Below, in pieces: positions 46,140 to 58,125 of a DNA stretch of 64,000 bases. Under the pieces are notes generated by a model, which did not search any database, was not told the DNA's origin, and saw nothing but the letters and a program-made list of their open reading frames with translations. Made by a program: the position numbers and the translations under genes. This DNA comes from Thalia democratica (lineage: Eukaryota), in assembly GCA_965202585.1 (NCBI GenBank), contig OZ241829.1, positions 31,434,001 to 31,498,000 on the forward strand. The letters are read 5' to 3'. The number at the start of each line of letters is the position of its first letter. The first letter of the stretch is position 1.

Positions 46140-46610
46140 AAAAATCACTAAAAACCTATCTCCTTTATTTTTCAAGCAATCTTTTTTTAAATTTTTAGGA
46201 AATCTTCCTTACATTACAAGAAAAAAACTTTACTTATGAGTTTTAGTAAATTAAAGAAACAAAAATCTTATCAAAAAAATAATAAATAAATTTTTTTTTT
46301 AAAGAAGGTATTTTTACTCAAAATTTTTGAAAGTCTAATATAACGTTTTTTTGTTAATGTATAAAGGTTAGACTGTAAAATTTTAAGAAGATTGCTTGAA
46401 AAATGTAGGAGGAGATAGATTTTAAACAAAATAATCTTTTTTTGCTGTTTTAGTTTTCCCTCCCTATAAGGAACCTATTATGCGGCTTGACTTCGACCTG
46501 TCATACCTCAAAAATCAATTTGAATTTTTTGAAATGTTAAAAAACAACTTGAAGCTTACTCTATAAAATAAGATCAACTTGTAAAAAACATGGATAACCC
46601 CCCTATGGCC
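46140..46610. mobile_element. Second, left-truncated relative of the 44189-44818 element
   Basis: Right arm homologous (ggagatagatt...ccctataaggaaccta...cgacctgtcatacctcaaaaa...agatcaa...cccctatggcc|TTAA). Left terminus not found. Confidence 0.6.
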
Positions 46611-47084
46611 TTAACAAAAAGAATAATTTTTGATATTTTCAAACTTCTTTAAAGTTTTCAACAAAAAAGTATACACCACTTTTTTTTAACTTCCATACTT
46701 TTTATAAGTTGAAAATATCACTAAAAGTATATTTATGTTTCTGTTTTCTGAAATAGTGATTTTAAATAAGTAATCATTCAATAGTTTTAAAATTCTCACA
46801 TATTAGATTTAAATTTGAAAAACAGTAAGATTTTAAAAACCAAAATTTTAAATAAGATTTTTGTTTGTTAGAAAATTAAGCCTTCTTCTAAAAATTACAA
46901 AAGCTACAGCATTTTAATAGTATAAGAAAAAGTACAAAAAATTCTAAGTATAAAATAGTTTTAAAATTTACTTAATTAATGAACGTTTGATTAGAAATTT
47001 TATCAACCAAAATACTTATTAGTAATAAGTTATTACTAGTTTTTAAAAATTAAAATAATTTGAACAGAAACAAATAAATTTGAC

Positions 47085-50000
47085 ATGGTTTTGAACATTA
47101 AAGACTTTCTGACTGAGTTTACCTCTGGTGCAGCAGGTTTAAATTTTATACTTTTATTATAGCAACACTAACAGTTTCAAAACTTATTTGGTTCTTTATT
47201 TGCTTTAAAAATTCTATTTAGTTATTATAAACAATTTTTAAAATTTTCTTGATGTTTTTTATACTTCATTTACTGTAACACCAATCAAAAAACCCACTAA
47301 GTTGCTTGAAATTTATAACCTAAAAATAAAACTGTAAAAGCTAAATGATTTTTTATTGTTTTTTATTTGGAGATCTGTAAGACTTGCAACCTAGAAAAAA
47401 TAGAAATAGCACATGCTAACAAGAAACGAATCTTAAACAAAAGACAAGAGCTCTTCTACACTTGCCCGCACTTTAGGAAATTCTATTTTAAAACTTAGCG
47501 TATTTAATTCTTTTATCACTTATTTTTGTTATTGCTTGTACCCTTATTTGTTAAACGCCATTTTGTTTTGTGTTGTTATAAGCTAAATCTAAATCTGTAT
47601 AGAACAAATCAGCTATTGTAAGTATAAATACTATTTAAATTTTTTTTTTTCCCATTATATTGTTTTTTAATTTTATTAATTAATTATCTAGTAATAACAC
47701 TGTATATTTTTTAACTTATTTTGAATTTAATTATAATTTCTTTCATTATTGTATATTTTTAGTTATCCATCGTCTCATTTTTGTTTTATTTTACAGGCCC
47801 AAAGATCCCTTAGGGGTGAAACATTGTTGCCTTAGTGTGAATAAATAAATATTATATTAAATAAATTTTTTATTGTAAACACTACTTTTATTTTAAAAGC
47901 TATGGCTTAAATTTTTGCAAAAAAACAAAACCTTCATGCATACTAAACTTTAAAATTGTTAAAGCTTCTGTTTTCAAGGCGGAGTTGCCTGCGTGTACTG
48001 CGGCCAGCCTTTGGACACAATAAAAGTGAAAATGCAAACGTTCCCGTCCATGTACAAAGGAACGTGGGACTGCTTCAAGAAGACGATAAGGCAAGAGGGA
48101 GTCTTGGGACTTTACAAAGGTTCGGCTCCTGCCCTCCTGTGCAACGTGTCTGAGAACGCGGTTCTGTTTTTGGCCCTGGCCGAGTCGCAAAAGTTCATGG
48201 CAAAGCTGAGTGGTAGCAAAGTTGAAAATCTCAGGTAATATTTCTTACAATTAGTTGAATATTTTTGTTATATAAGTTTTATTTTGGCCTACAAGTGGTA
48301 ATTAGTTTATAAAAGCTAAAACAAGTTTCTATATTTGGTGTACATTTACTTTTTTATAGTATTTTTATACAATAAGATATACAAGACACACAAATTTAGT
48401 AAAACTTAATATATTTCAAGCAGTTCTCATCAATAGAGTACAAAGCTAATAAGAGATAAGATTTTACAAACTTGTTTAGTAACCAAATAGTTATAAAGTA
48501 ATCAAAAGAGTAATAAAAGACAAAAACAATTAGTAACATTTAAAATCGTTTAAGTTTACTTACGTTATAATTAACCTACACTAAAACTATACATTAATAT
48601 ATTAAAAATAATACGCCCTCTTTATTTTTGTACTACCTTATAAAGCGTGTTGTTGTAAATACATTAATTAACACCCCATGATTTATAAAATTGTCTTAGG
48701 TAGATATGCTATGTTTTTTAATATACTTTGAGTAACAATCATTAAAATTGTCAAATACTAAAATCTTAGCAACGTACTTCAAACAATCCAAGAGCATTGA
48801 AAACAATACAAATAATTTTTTCCAGCAATTTCAGCAACGCCTGCGCTGGCAGCATAGCTTCAATATTTTCATCGCTGGTCGTTTGCCCCACCGAGCTGAT
48901 AAAGTGCCGCATGCAGGCCATGACTGAGATGAAGGAAACCGGAAAACTTTCTGCCGATGCTGCTACGTTAGTTTCGCATCAGTACACATTGTGTTGTGTT
49001 TTTTTGTTTTGGTAGTTCAAAAAGTACATGTGTAGCAATAAGCTTTCAGTTGCACTTATGGTTACTTGTGGTGGTAAAGGTAGAAACAGATTAAATTTTG
49101 AATCACTCTGTAAATTTGTCCAAGTTTAGTTTTCTAATATTATATCATTACACACGCATTAAATTTTATTTTTTGATTTATTTTTAACAGAACTAAAAAG
49201 TATAAAAATTGCTTTAAAGTGTTTAAAAGTACCTAATAAGAAAAATAAGTACCTAATAATAATAAATAAGAAAAAAATTGAGTGATTTGTAGTAAGTTAA
49301 AAACTGTTATTATTGTTTATTTTAACCAGTAAACTTTGAAGTTTGTTTAAGATTTTCCAATTTTATTTTTCAAATAATTAAGTTTTTTTGAGGGTTTTTT
49401 TCACCATATTGGTAAGGTTTTCTGTATTATGTGGTAGAGTTAGTTTTGTTTTTGTAATATACATTTTTTAATCTATAATCTACACGTGTCTGTTTTGATT
49501 ATTTGTACTTATTCAAAAGATTTTTTTTAGTCAATAAAAAAAAAGTGTTCATAATAAATAAAGTACTTGTTTTTTTTTGTTTATAATGTTACTATGTGAT
49601 TTCACTCAGTTATCCCTGTCTTAACTGTTTTTATACATGTATTTCTGTGTTATATAAAATATTTAGTTTGATTCATAACAATTCACTGAATATCTAAAAA
49701 TACTTAAGATAAGGTATAATAACTACTGTTGGTACTTTGATTTTTATTTATTTACAAAGATATATTTTGAAAAAACTTCAACGTTGTAATGCTATGGTAA
49801 TGCATCCCTGGTATTAAGTCTTAAATATCAAAATGATACTGTACGGCCAATCATAATCAACAAATTGCTAACTGCAAATCACCTATAATTATGTATAAAA
49901 CTATATTTGTCATGATGCAACTTAAGGAAAAACAAATTCATTGTTTTTATAATCTGGATTGCAGTCTCTTCAGTGTTGTCAGTTTTACAATCCTGTATTT

Positions 50001-52655
50001 GGGTCTTGAGTAAGTGAAATCAGTTCACTTATAGCTAGTTTGATTTGAAATATTTGCTTGTTAGAACACAAGTTCTGTATTTGGATTTGAACAGTTAAAT
50101 TAGAACTCAGCAGTTAGATTCCAGTTCAAAATAAAACACATTTTTAACTGCTACAATTTTTATTAGGGCTGATACTTATTTAAACTATTCACTGCTAAGT
50201 TTTTATATTCGACTAATTTGCCAATTTTATAGATTTGTATTGATTTTAAAGTTTTATAAGTTCATTATTTTACATTGCCTTGTCTTGATTTTGTTTATTA
50301 ATTGACTCAAAAGTGTACCTAAAATGGACCCTAGTTATAAACCTCCCTCTAGTCTAGATGTAGCAAAGCTACCCTCTAGAAAACCTTCCCCACGGTTTAG
50401 CATGGCCACTAATGTGCCCACCACTCCGGGGCACTCCCCCGTAAATTACAACGTTCTTAATCGTTTAGTACTTAAATTAATTTTTGTTGTGCATATTTTT
50501 TTTCAGATAAAGCTATAAAATTAACTAAAAACTTAACCAATAATTCACAGCTATCACAATTTAATCTTCTCACAGAAGCCCTGGTGCGGTTGCAAGGCAG
50601 ATGTTTCGATCGGGGGGAATCACCTCGTTTTACAAGGGGCTTACCAGCACGTGGGCGCGGGAAATGCCCGGATATTTCGCATTTTTCTATGGTTACGAGC
50701 TGACCAGGGGCCTGCTTGCCCCAAAAGGTGGCACCAAGGATGACGTAGGTGGGTGGTTGTTAATTATTGTTTATATATATTTTTTGTTAGTTGTTTTTTT
50801 ATTATCACTTATTTCTTAAGTGTAAAAGGCGTATAATGTAGTTCACATAAAAGCTTAAATCTTAAAAGTTAGTTTTGATATTTATTTACAAACTGACTAC
50901 ACTTCACAATTGCACAGCAAAAAAATATTTTTATGTTTGTTTTTATTTTTTCTGTATTTCTTATATTCTTGATTTAAGTGTAACAACTAGAGTTCGGCTA
51001 TAACTAAATTCTTACTCATATAAAATTTCTTGTGTTATACTTAATGAAAATCTCAACTGTTCAACAAAAAACAATGAATAGGTCCGGTGGGCACCGCGTT
51101 CGCGGGAGGAACCGCAGGTTTGTGCCTGTGGACGTTCATATTTCCCATCGACGTGGTCAAAACCAGGATTCAGGTTCTGGCCGCGGCTGGTAAGCAGGAG
51201 GGATTCGTGCAAACTCTCAGGATCATCATCAGGACTGAAGGTAGAGAGTTTTTATTGTTATAAGGTATGTGTGTGGTTAGACTTTAAAAATATGATTTAG
51301 AGTTTAGTTTGACAAGTTTAAATAAAAAATTTTAGACCCATGTAAAGAAGTTATGTTGTTTAGTTTTAAAGTATCTATATGCTTAGGCTTTATAAAACAC
51401 AGAGTTTAAAGTTCAACTTAAGAAGTTTATGTTTGAAATTTGTTTTGAAATAAAAGTGGTTATTTTAAAAGTAAAAACAAGTTAATAAATAATTAACTTG
51501 TTTTTCACCCAAGTATATTAAATGGTTGCCACTTGTTAGTTTAGGAAGTTTCAATGTTTAAAAAAATATATATAATTATTTGATGGTCAAGATATTTGTT
51601 TTTTTTTTTTTCATTTGTGTAATAGATTCCACCTTAAGGTCAAAGCTAATTTTTTGTTCACAGTTGTAACTTTTTCAGTGTAAAAAGTTGGTTTTTACTA
51701 AGTGTTTATTAATATTTTTTGCTCCACAAAAGAAGCTAAGATTGTTTTTTTTAATGTTAGTATTTAGTCTGTACAGTTGCTCAGTTATTATTTTATCATT
51801 TGTGGGTTTGTGAGAGATAATATAAATACTAAATTTTATCTATTTAGCTAGGCAAGTTACCTAGTTTAATAAGGCATATCAATGTAGTGTAAACATTTTA
51901 TTATTATTGACAGACTTAAGTTAACATAAAGGTTTGACAATACCTTACCAGACCACAAGCGGTAAAGTGAGACCCGGATTTAGTTTTTAAAGAAACTCGT
52001 CAGTCAGTCGCAACTGAAAAACCCTGAAGTCCGCTCGTGGTCTGATAATCAAAGTGGTATGATCAAATCTATATGTATTGGCTAGTCTCACAGCACAAGA
52101 AAGTCCAGACTTTTGCTTTAATGATTTTCACCGACTTTTAGGATTGCTAAATATACTGTTAATAACTTTCGATTGAATTAGGATTGCTATTTTCTTATAG
52201 ATACAAATGCAGTTTCAGAAAGCTTTACCAAAAGATTTTGTTAAGTATACAAATCGAATCAAATTTATTTATTGTTTTTTAAAGTCTTACTGCCTTGTTT
52301 TCAACCGTAAAAGTTGTTGGTAAAAGCGGAGTACGGTAAGCATATAAGTATTTTTATCATAAAGTCTTTTTACAGGTACATGCGTAGTATTGAGTATAAA
52401 AACTATAATTGCTTTTTAATTTTTTTACAGAGCTCTTTGTGATTTTTAAATTGTTTAGATTTATTTCAATTTAATTAATCAACTGCATGTAAACTAAGTT
52501 AAATAAACATTATTAACTTTTATTTTTCAGGCTTCAGGGCTTTGTACAGCGGTCTTTTGCCCTGCGTGATGCGAACCTACCCCGCCAACGGTGCTCTGTT
52601 TGTGGCTGTGGAATATTCTAGAAAGTTTCTCAGAAATGTTTCGTCTGAAGAGTAA
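47085..52655 (+). CDS. SLC25A15: Mitochondrial ornithine transporter 1 (SLC25 carrier), 6 coding exons, 301 aa
   Basis: Exons 47085-47136, 47979-48234, 48826-48966, 50576-50748, 51082-51240, 52531-52655 (906 nt including TAA). It has three carrier signatures ([26 protein letters not shown]) plus [42 protein letters not shown] and [10 protein letters not shown]. An acceptor at 47067 implies at least one upstream non-coding exon, which I did not locate. Confidence 0.93.
47796..47850 (+). mobile_element. Degenerate Penelope-like terminal remnant (decayed hammerhead) in the SLC25A15 intron 47137-47978
   Basis: ccaaaga-tccc-tta-gggg-t-gaaac followed by aataaataaa. The CTGA core is mutated to CCAA. 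Confidence 0.4.
51945..52048. mobile_element. ~100-bp MITE in the last SLC25A15 intron
   Basis: ttaccagaccacaagcgg ... ccgctcgtggtctgataa (18-bp IR, 2 mismatches) with TA at both ends. Confidence 0.65.
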
Positions 52656-53896
52656 AATTCAATCATAAGCACATCACATGATGTAATCATGTGCAAAATC
52701 AAATGTTTTTATTAGACTATTCTAATTTGATACGTAAATTATTTTCAATTAGCATTTAATGATGAATCAAGATGATAGTATTATGTTTATAAATATGTAC
52801 ATAGAAATGCATATAAGATGCATTTTATTTATGGAAATTTTAAAAATAAAATAATCATATTTGTAAGCTTATGAATTGTTTGAATTATTTTAAAAACTGT
52901 ATGATTATTGCATTAAAAACTAAAAAAAATATTTATTTAATTGAACGGATTATGCTGTGCTTTAAGAATAGGTGCCATTTAGTTATAATTATTTGATTTT
53001 TTGTCATTATGTTCATTCAAAGTGAATAATATTTCAATAATAAAAAATAAAAACAAAACTTATACTTTTCTTATACAAATACAGATTAGTGATTATCAAA
53101 CTAAGGAGATAATATTGAAAATGCTGGTTTAAACTAAAGCTTGTTTTGTTATACTTTGAAAAAATTAACTACATCCAAAACTTTGTTGCTAGTAAAGTAC
53201 AACTATGGATATTTTCAGTGCAAAACTGTTTATGAAGTTATGATAAGCATCAATTACTTAGTCCGGTGATAAATAAATTCTTACCAAATTAACTTGTAAA
53301 ATCAGTAAAACGGTGTTTGTAATTATAAAAATATGACTTTTATTTTCTATAATAAAACATTATTACTAGCTAAAACTGTATTGTATCTGTTTATTAGTTT
53401 GTAGGAGCATGATAAAGTAAATATATAAAGCTCCTTTCTTAACTTCCTGTAAGTAAAATGGTTTTAAAAATACTATTGCTCCTTATATGTTATTAATAAA
53501 AATATAAAGCACCACATTAATACTTAGTAATATATTGTTTCATTTAAACATAAAAAAAAGCTTTATGTTTGACACCAAAAAGACCTAGCCAATTGAACGT
53601 AATGACAAATGTTACAAATAACTGTTTTTTACTACTCTTTGGGGATATACCTTATATCTAGGGAGCGAGTATAATTACTAAGATCTGATTTCAAGAAGAA
53701 CTACGGTTCCAGCTAAACCCTAACTCAGAATATAGAAAAGATCATACGTCAACGTTTTTTTGTCTACAATAAATAAATTGTAACTTATCTAGTTTGTAAT
53801 GGTCTACAATCATTTGATTTTTTTTTTGATTATAAACTGCAAAAATGTCTAATGAATAGTTTAAAGGTAAACTTAGTCTTCATATGTATTACTTTT

Positions 53897-54090
53897 GGGT
53901 AGCTGTCAAGTTTGCACGAGGGGACAAAATTACATGAAGACACTTTTGCACGAGGGGATAAAATTGCACGAAGGGTCACTTTTGCAAGAGCAGACAATTT
54001 TTCACGAGTTGATTTTTTTTTACTATCACTGTTACCCCTTACCCTCGGTCGGTAACTTTTTTTTTTATACTAATTAAAAAAAATTATTGC
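53897..54090 (-). mobile_element. MITE-like element with tandem TTTTGCACGA subunits and the same central core as 9044-9229
   Basis: About six tandem ttttgcacga-like units at 53910-54008. The reverse complement of 54015-54055 reads gttaccgaccgagggtaagggtaacagtgatagtaaaaaa. Confidence 0.65.
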
Positions 54091-54342
54091 CCTGTCAACT
54101 TACTGAATCCAAGAAACACTCCAATCCAAGAACATAAGCTTCTATATACACTCCAAGATGTGTTGTTTGAGAGGAAAAGCAAAATCTAAACTTTAAACAA
54201 AAACTGCTATCTGTCTTTTTTCACATATTCAAACTTAAGCAGTGAAGATAATAAATAGTTTTTAAATGATATTCAGGAATTTAAAAACAAAACCAATAAA
54301 AATACTTTTTTTCGAAAAAGTCATTTGAAATATAGTTTTGTT

Positions 54343-54490
54343 TAGCGGGCCAAGTTTACATGCTCGAGAGCCACATTAACATGCTCGCAGGCCGCAGCTT
54401 TTTCTTTCGCGGACCGCATTCCATTTAAATAAATAACATGCTCGCGGGCCGCAGATTTACACTTCGAGGGCCGCAGTTTGCCGACCCCTG
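54343..54490 (-). mobile_element. Solo terminus of the hAT family seen at 58126-61227
   Basis: Ends gcagtttgccgacccctg (reverse complement of caggggtcggcaaactgc) with GCGGCCCGC-type subterminal repeats. Partner end not found. Confidence 0.75.
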
Positions 54491-54639
54491 TCCTAAGCAC
54501 TAATTTTTTTTTTTAATATATTATACGTAAACAAATTGGACTTATTTTTATTAAAGTATTACCTCAGGGTCAAATAATACATTCAATAGCAAGCTACAAG
54601 TAGTAAAATAGCAAGCTAAAAAGTTAAAATCTTATGACT

Positions 54640-54963
54640 GCCTCATCATTAGCTGATCAAGGTCCATTAGCATCATCAATAGCTGATCAAGGTCCATTGG
54701 CATCATCATTAGCTGATCAAGGTCCATTGGCATCATCATTAGCTGATCAAGGTCCATTGGCATCATCATTAGCTGATCAAGGTCCATTGGCATCATCATT
54801 AGCTGATCAAGGTCAAGGTCCATTGGCATCATCATTAGCTGATCGAGGTCCATTGGCATCATCATTTGCTGATCAAGGTTCATTAGCATCATCATTTGCT
54901 GATCAAGGTCCATTGACATTATCATTAGCTGATCAAGGTCTATTGGCATTATCATTAGTTGAT
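54640..54963. repeat. 30-bp minisatellite (~11 units; reads ASSLADQGPL on +), with a solo unit at 55222-55262
   Basis: Unit gcatcatcattagctgatcaaggtccattg. One 6-nt internal duplication (caaggt). All variation keeps the frame. Confidence 0.9.
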
Positions 54964-55809
54964 GTGAGTGAAAATGGTTGGTTATGTTGAAAAACAGTTA
55001 ATTATTATTAAATAATGACAACAAAACATGTTTTTTTTTTTAAATTATCATTTTGGATCTGAGAATAATAAATTATGCAAAGAATAAAATTTCATACACA
55101 GTTAAACAATTTCATATAAAATATTTAATTTAAATTTATATATTGACTAAATGAATAAAACTTTTAAAGAAGTTGGACTGCTAAGTGAAATAAAGCCTTC
55201 GTCACTAAGTGACATTACAAATGATCAAGGTCCATTAGCATTATCATTGGCTGATGCGAGTGAAGGAATTGAAGATAACCAAGAAAATTAAGATGAGGAA
55301 AAGTACAAAAACAGTTGGTATTTTTTATATAACGTAAAAATTACAATATTTTTGTAAGGAACTTTAGTAGTTTATAACAGCTATATTCTAACAAAACATT
55401 TTGTGAACAAATAAAAGGTTTGCCTGAAAATTAAAAAAGGCACTACTTTTTGGTACAGAGTTTTGCTAGAAAAATTATACATAAATCACTTATTTTGAAA
55501 GTTCAGAAAGTTTGTTTATAAGTTTGGTTTAGCACGTCATCAGAATAAAGCTGCTAAAAACTGACAAAAGTATACAAAATTTAGTATAATAAAAAGATTT
55601 CATTATATTCAGTTGAAACAGTTTTGTCATTAAGAGTCAAATGTAAAAGTCTGTATTAAAGTTTAAAAAAGAATTAAGTTAATCTTTACAATTTAAAGTT
55701 TTTTTTAAGGTAAAATCAACAGAATGAAAGTTTTACTTGAAACAGAATTAAAAAGTAAAGCTTTACAAAAAGCGGCAACAATAAATACACTAAAAATTCG
55801 CTATTTACA

Positions 55810-56950
55810 CAGTTTCAAGTTATAAAATTCAGGTTGTTTAAAAAATTTCGGCTTACGAGTTCTAATGAAAAGTGCTTCAAGAACTGAGAGATAGAACTTC
55901 TTTAAGTGTTTTAAGTGTTTCTGTAAGTGTTTCTCACTCTAGATAGAATTTTGAATTTACTTTCCACTTAGTTTTCAGCACATGTTGAGGAGATGTTTAT
56001 GGATGGAAGAATGTTCATCTTTAGGCCTTACTTCGCCATTAAAAACAAATCGTTTTACTATTTCGTATCATGCTGCCCTCGCTTGAAGATGAAACATTGA
56101 GAAGTCCGACCTACGTAGTCATTTTCACAATGACGCTTTAAAATGTATACTACATTACTCAATTAATGGGTAGAAGTGGCATCTTTCTCAACTCAGTTAA
56201 GCGGGAGGTTGATGTTGTACACAACACGTAGCGAAACGCATTTAAAGTTTGATTTTATAGATAATGAGGTTTGCTTAGCCAATATAATTGAGTTTTCATC
56301 CATGTAAGGAAGGCGGATGTTGACTGGGCAAGGATGTGGGCCAAAGGAGGGTAAGCGGTTTGTTTTGGACTGGGTTGTTTTGATTCTTTTCATGATGACT
56401 CTTTCGGGGTATCCTAATTAGAATTTTTTTGTAAATATTGTCCGATTCTAAAACAGCCGTGCAAACCGCAATGGATCTATTAGTTATGCATTGTATAATT
56501 TTCAATTTTTTTGTGGCACAAAATTAATTCCAGGAAATGTAATGCGCAGTAAAATAATCTATTCTGAACATGGAAATAAAAAAGATGTTATGGCTGTTTC
56601 TAATAGTTTTTATGTCTAGTTTATTTTTCCGAAAATTTCTTATTCAAAGGTAAAACTATAAATTTATGCATCTCATTTAGCGAACTAAGGAAGTTATAGA
56701 CGTTACTTTTAGAAAGGAAAACAGTAAAAAATCATCAACATACCTAAAATACGCAAGTGGCTTACTGTTATATATTGAAAGAAAACTATTTTTATAACAA
56801 CCGACGATAATATTAGCAAGAATAGGGCCTTAAGGTCTTCCCATCGCAGCGCCTTCAATTTAATGAAACTTGAGATCATTAATACTAAGTTGTACATTTT
56901 TCGTGGCCATATATTTTTTCTATAGGTCATCATATTTAAATGACAAGTTA
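55810..56950 (-). pseudogene. Penelope-like retroelement relic (reverse transcriptase plus GIY-YIG endonuclease)
   Basis: Minus-strand remnants with stops and frameshifts: EGAAMGRP*GPILANIIVG...PLAYFRYVDDF (RT core, ~56850-56715), CPVNIRLPYMDENS, SNVVYILKRHCENDYVGRTSQ (GIY-YIG), LSVLEALFIRTRKP (typical PLE C-terminus). Confidence 0.85.
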
Positions 56951-58125
56951 ACAAAAATAGTAGCTATAAGTAAGAATAAAGAATAACTATGCAAATAGAT
57001 TGCTAAATCAATACAACTAAATGCAATTTTAATTTAGGTTTTTGCAATTTAAATATTTAAATCTTCTTAAAATATGCGTGCAAAATTAAAGGCAATCATA
57101 CTTACAATCAAACTTTTAAAAAGCTTTATCAAACATCTTTAAAATTTGATAATTCAATCAAAATGCTTGTAAGTAATAATTTTCTTTTTATAAGAAGGAT
57201 AACTAAAAAATAAAAAAATTTAGCCACTTTAAAAGTATTTACCTTGTTTGAGCAACTAAATCTATCTTCAAAAGCTATTCAATATAACTAGGAGTGCATT
57301 TTAATTCATAGTATTTATTTAAGTTTAGTAGTTTATACAAGCTATAATCTAACAAAACGTTTTGTAGACTGATCTAAAAAATCGAGTAACTTACATTATA
57401 ATGTTTGGTAAAATAAAAACTTGACATGTAAATGTATATAACTTTTTTAATCTTTTTTTTTTCAGATTAGTATGAAAGTCAAAAGCCAAAAGTATTGAAA
57501 AGCGAATTTTTGAAGCTGTAGAAAATATTCTAGAGAAAATGTAGGAATAAACTTTTAAGTTTCGAATATTTAACATGTTTATTGCTTATTAATATATATA
57601 TTCAAATTAACAACTTTTATAAAACACGTTTTAGCTTTACTTTTCAAAAGTATTTTCGTATTTTATTGTGTAAAATACTGATTAAAGTTTGATGCATTGT
57701 TAATAAAAAATAATTTATCTATTGTTTATGTCAGTAATTAAGTGTATTTGTATAACTGTTTTTATTTTGCCTATTTATACAAAAAAAAGTTTTACTCAAT
57801 AAAATTTGCTTTATCAACAATGGCTGTCTTTTTTTTAACTGAAAACTATAAATTTGATTAAATTAGTTGTTGTAGTAGTCATTACAGAGAGATTTTTTAT
57901 TTTGCACCTACCGCCCGCTTAACGGAATTGTGATGCAATAAAGCTGTAAAAGTTTTGAACTTCACACTAACAAAAACTTTTCATTCATGTTTATGAAGAC
58001 AATAATGACTTTTAAAGCATTTTTAACAATAGTCCATTTGTATATTATTGCAAACTAACAAAAAAAATAAGTTTTGAACATAAAAAGACAGTAATAAAAT
58101 AGAAAGTTGAGTTTATATCTTAGAA

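Noticed and set aside
1-52655. Stop-codon reassignment, non-GT-AG introns or U12 introns
   Set aside because: All 56 junctions modelled across the four genes are GT-AG, and the standard code gives open frames. No RTATCCTT donor was found. The alternative donor gtatca at 4945 is out of phase with the next exon.
54640-54963. CRISPR array
   Set aside because: Units are head-to-tail with no unique spacers, the context is eukaryotic, and there are no cas genes.
55522-55543. Functional hammerhead at the Penelope relic's 3' end (minus strand CTGATGAcgtgctaaaccAAAC)
   Set aside because: It is in the expected location, but the G of GAAA is missing and stem II does not pair. A relic at best.
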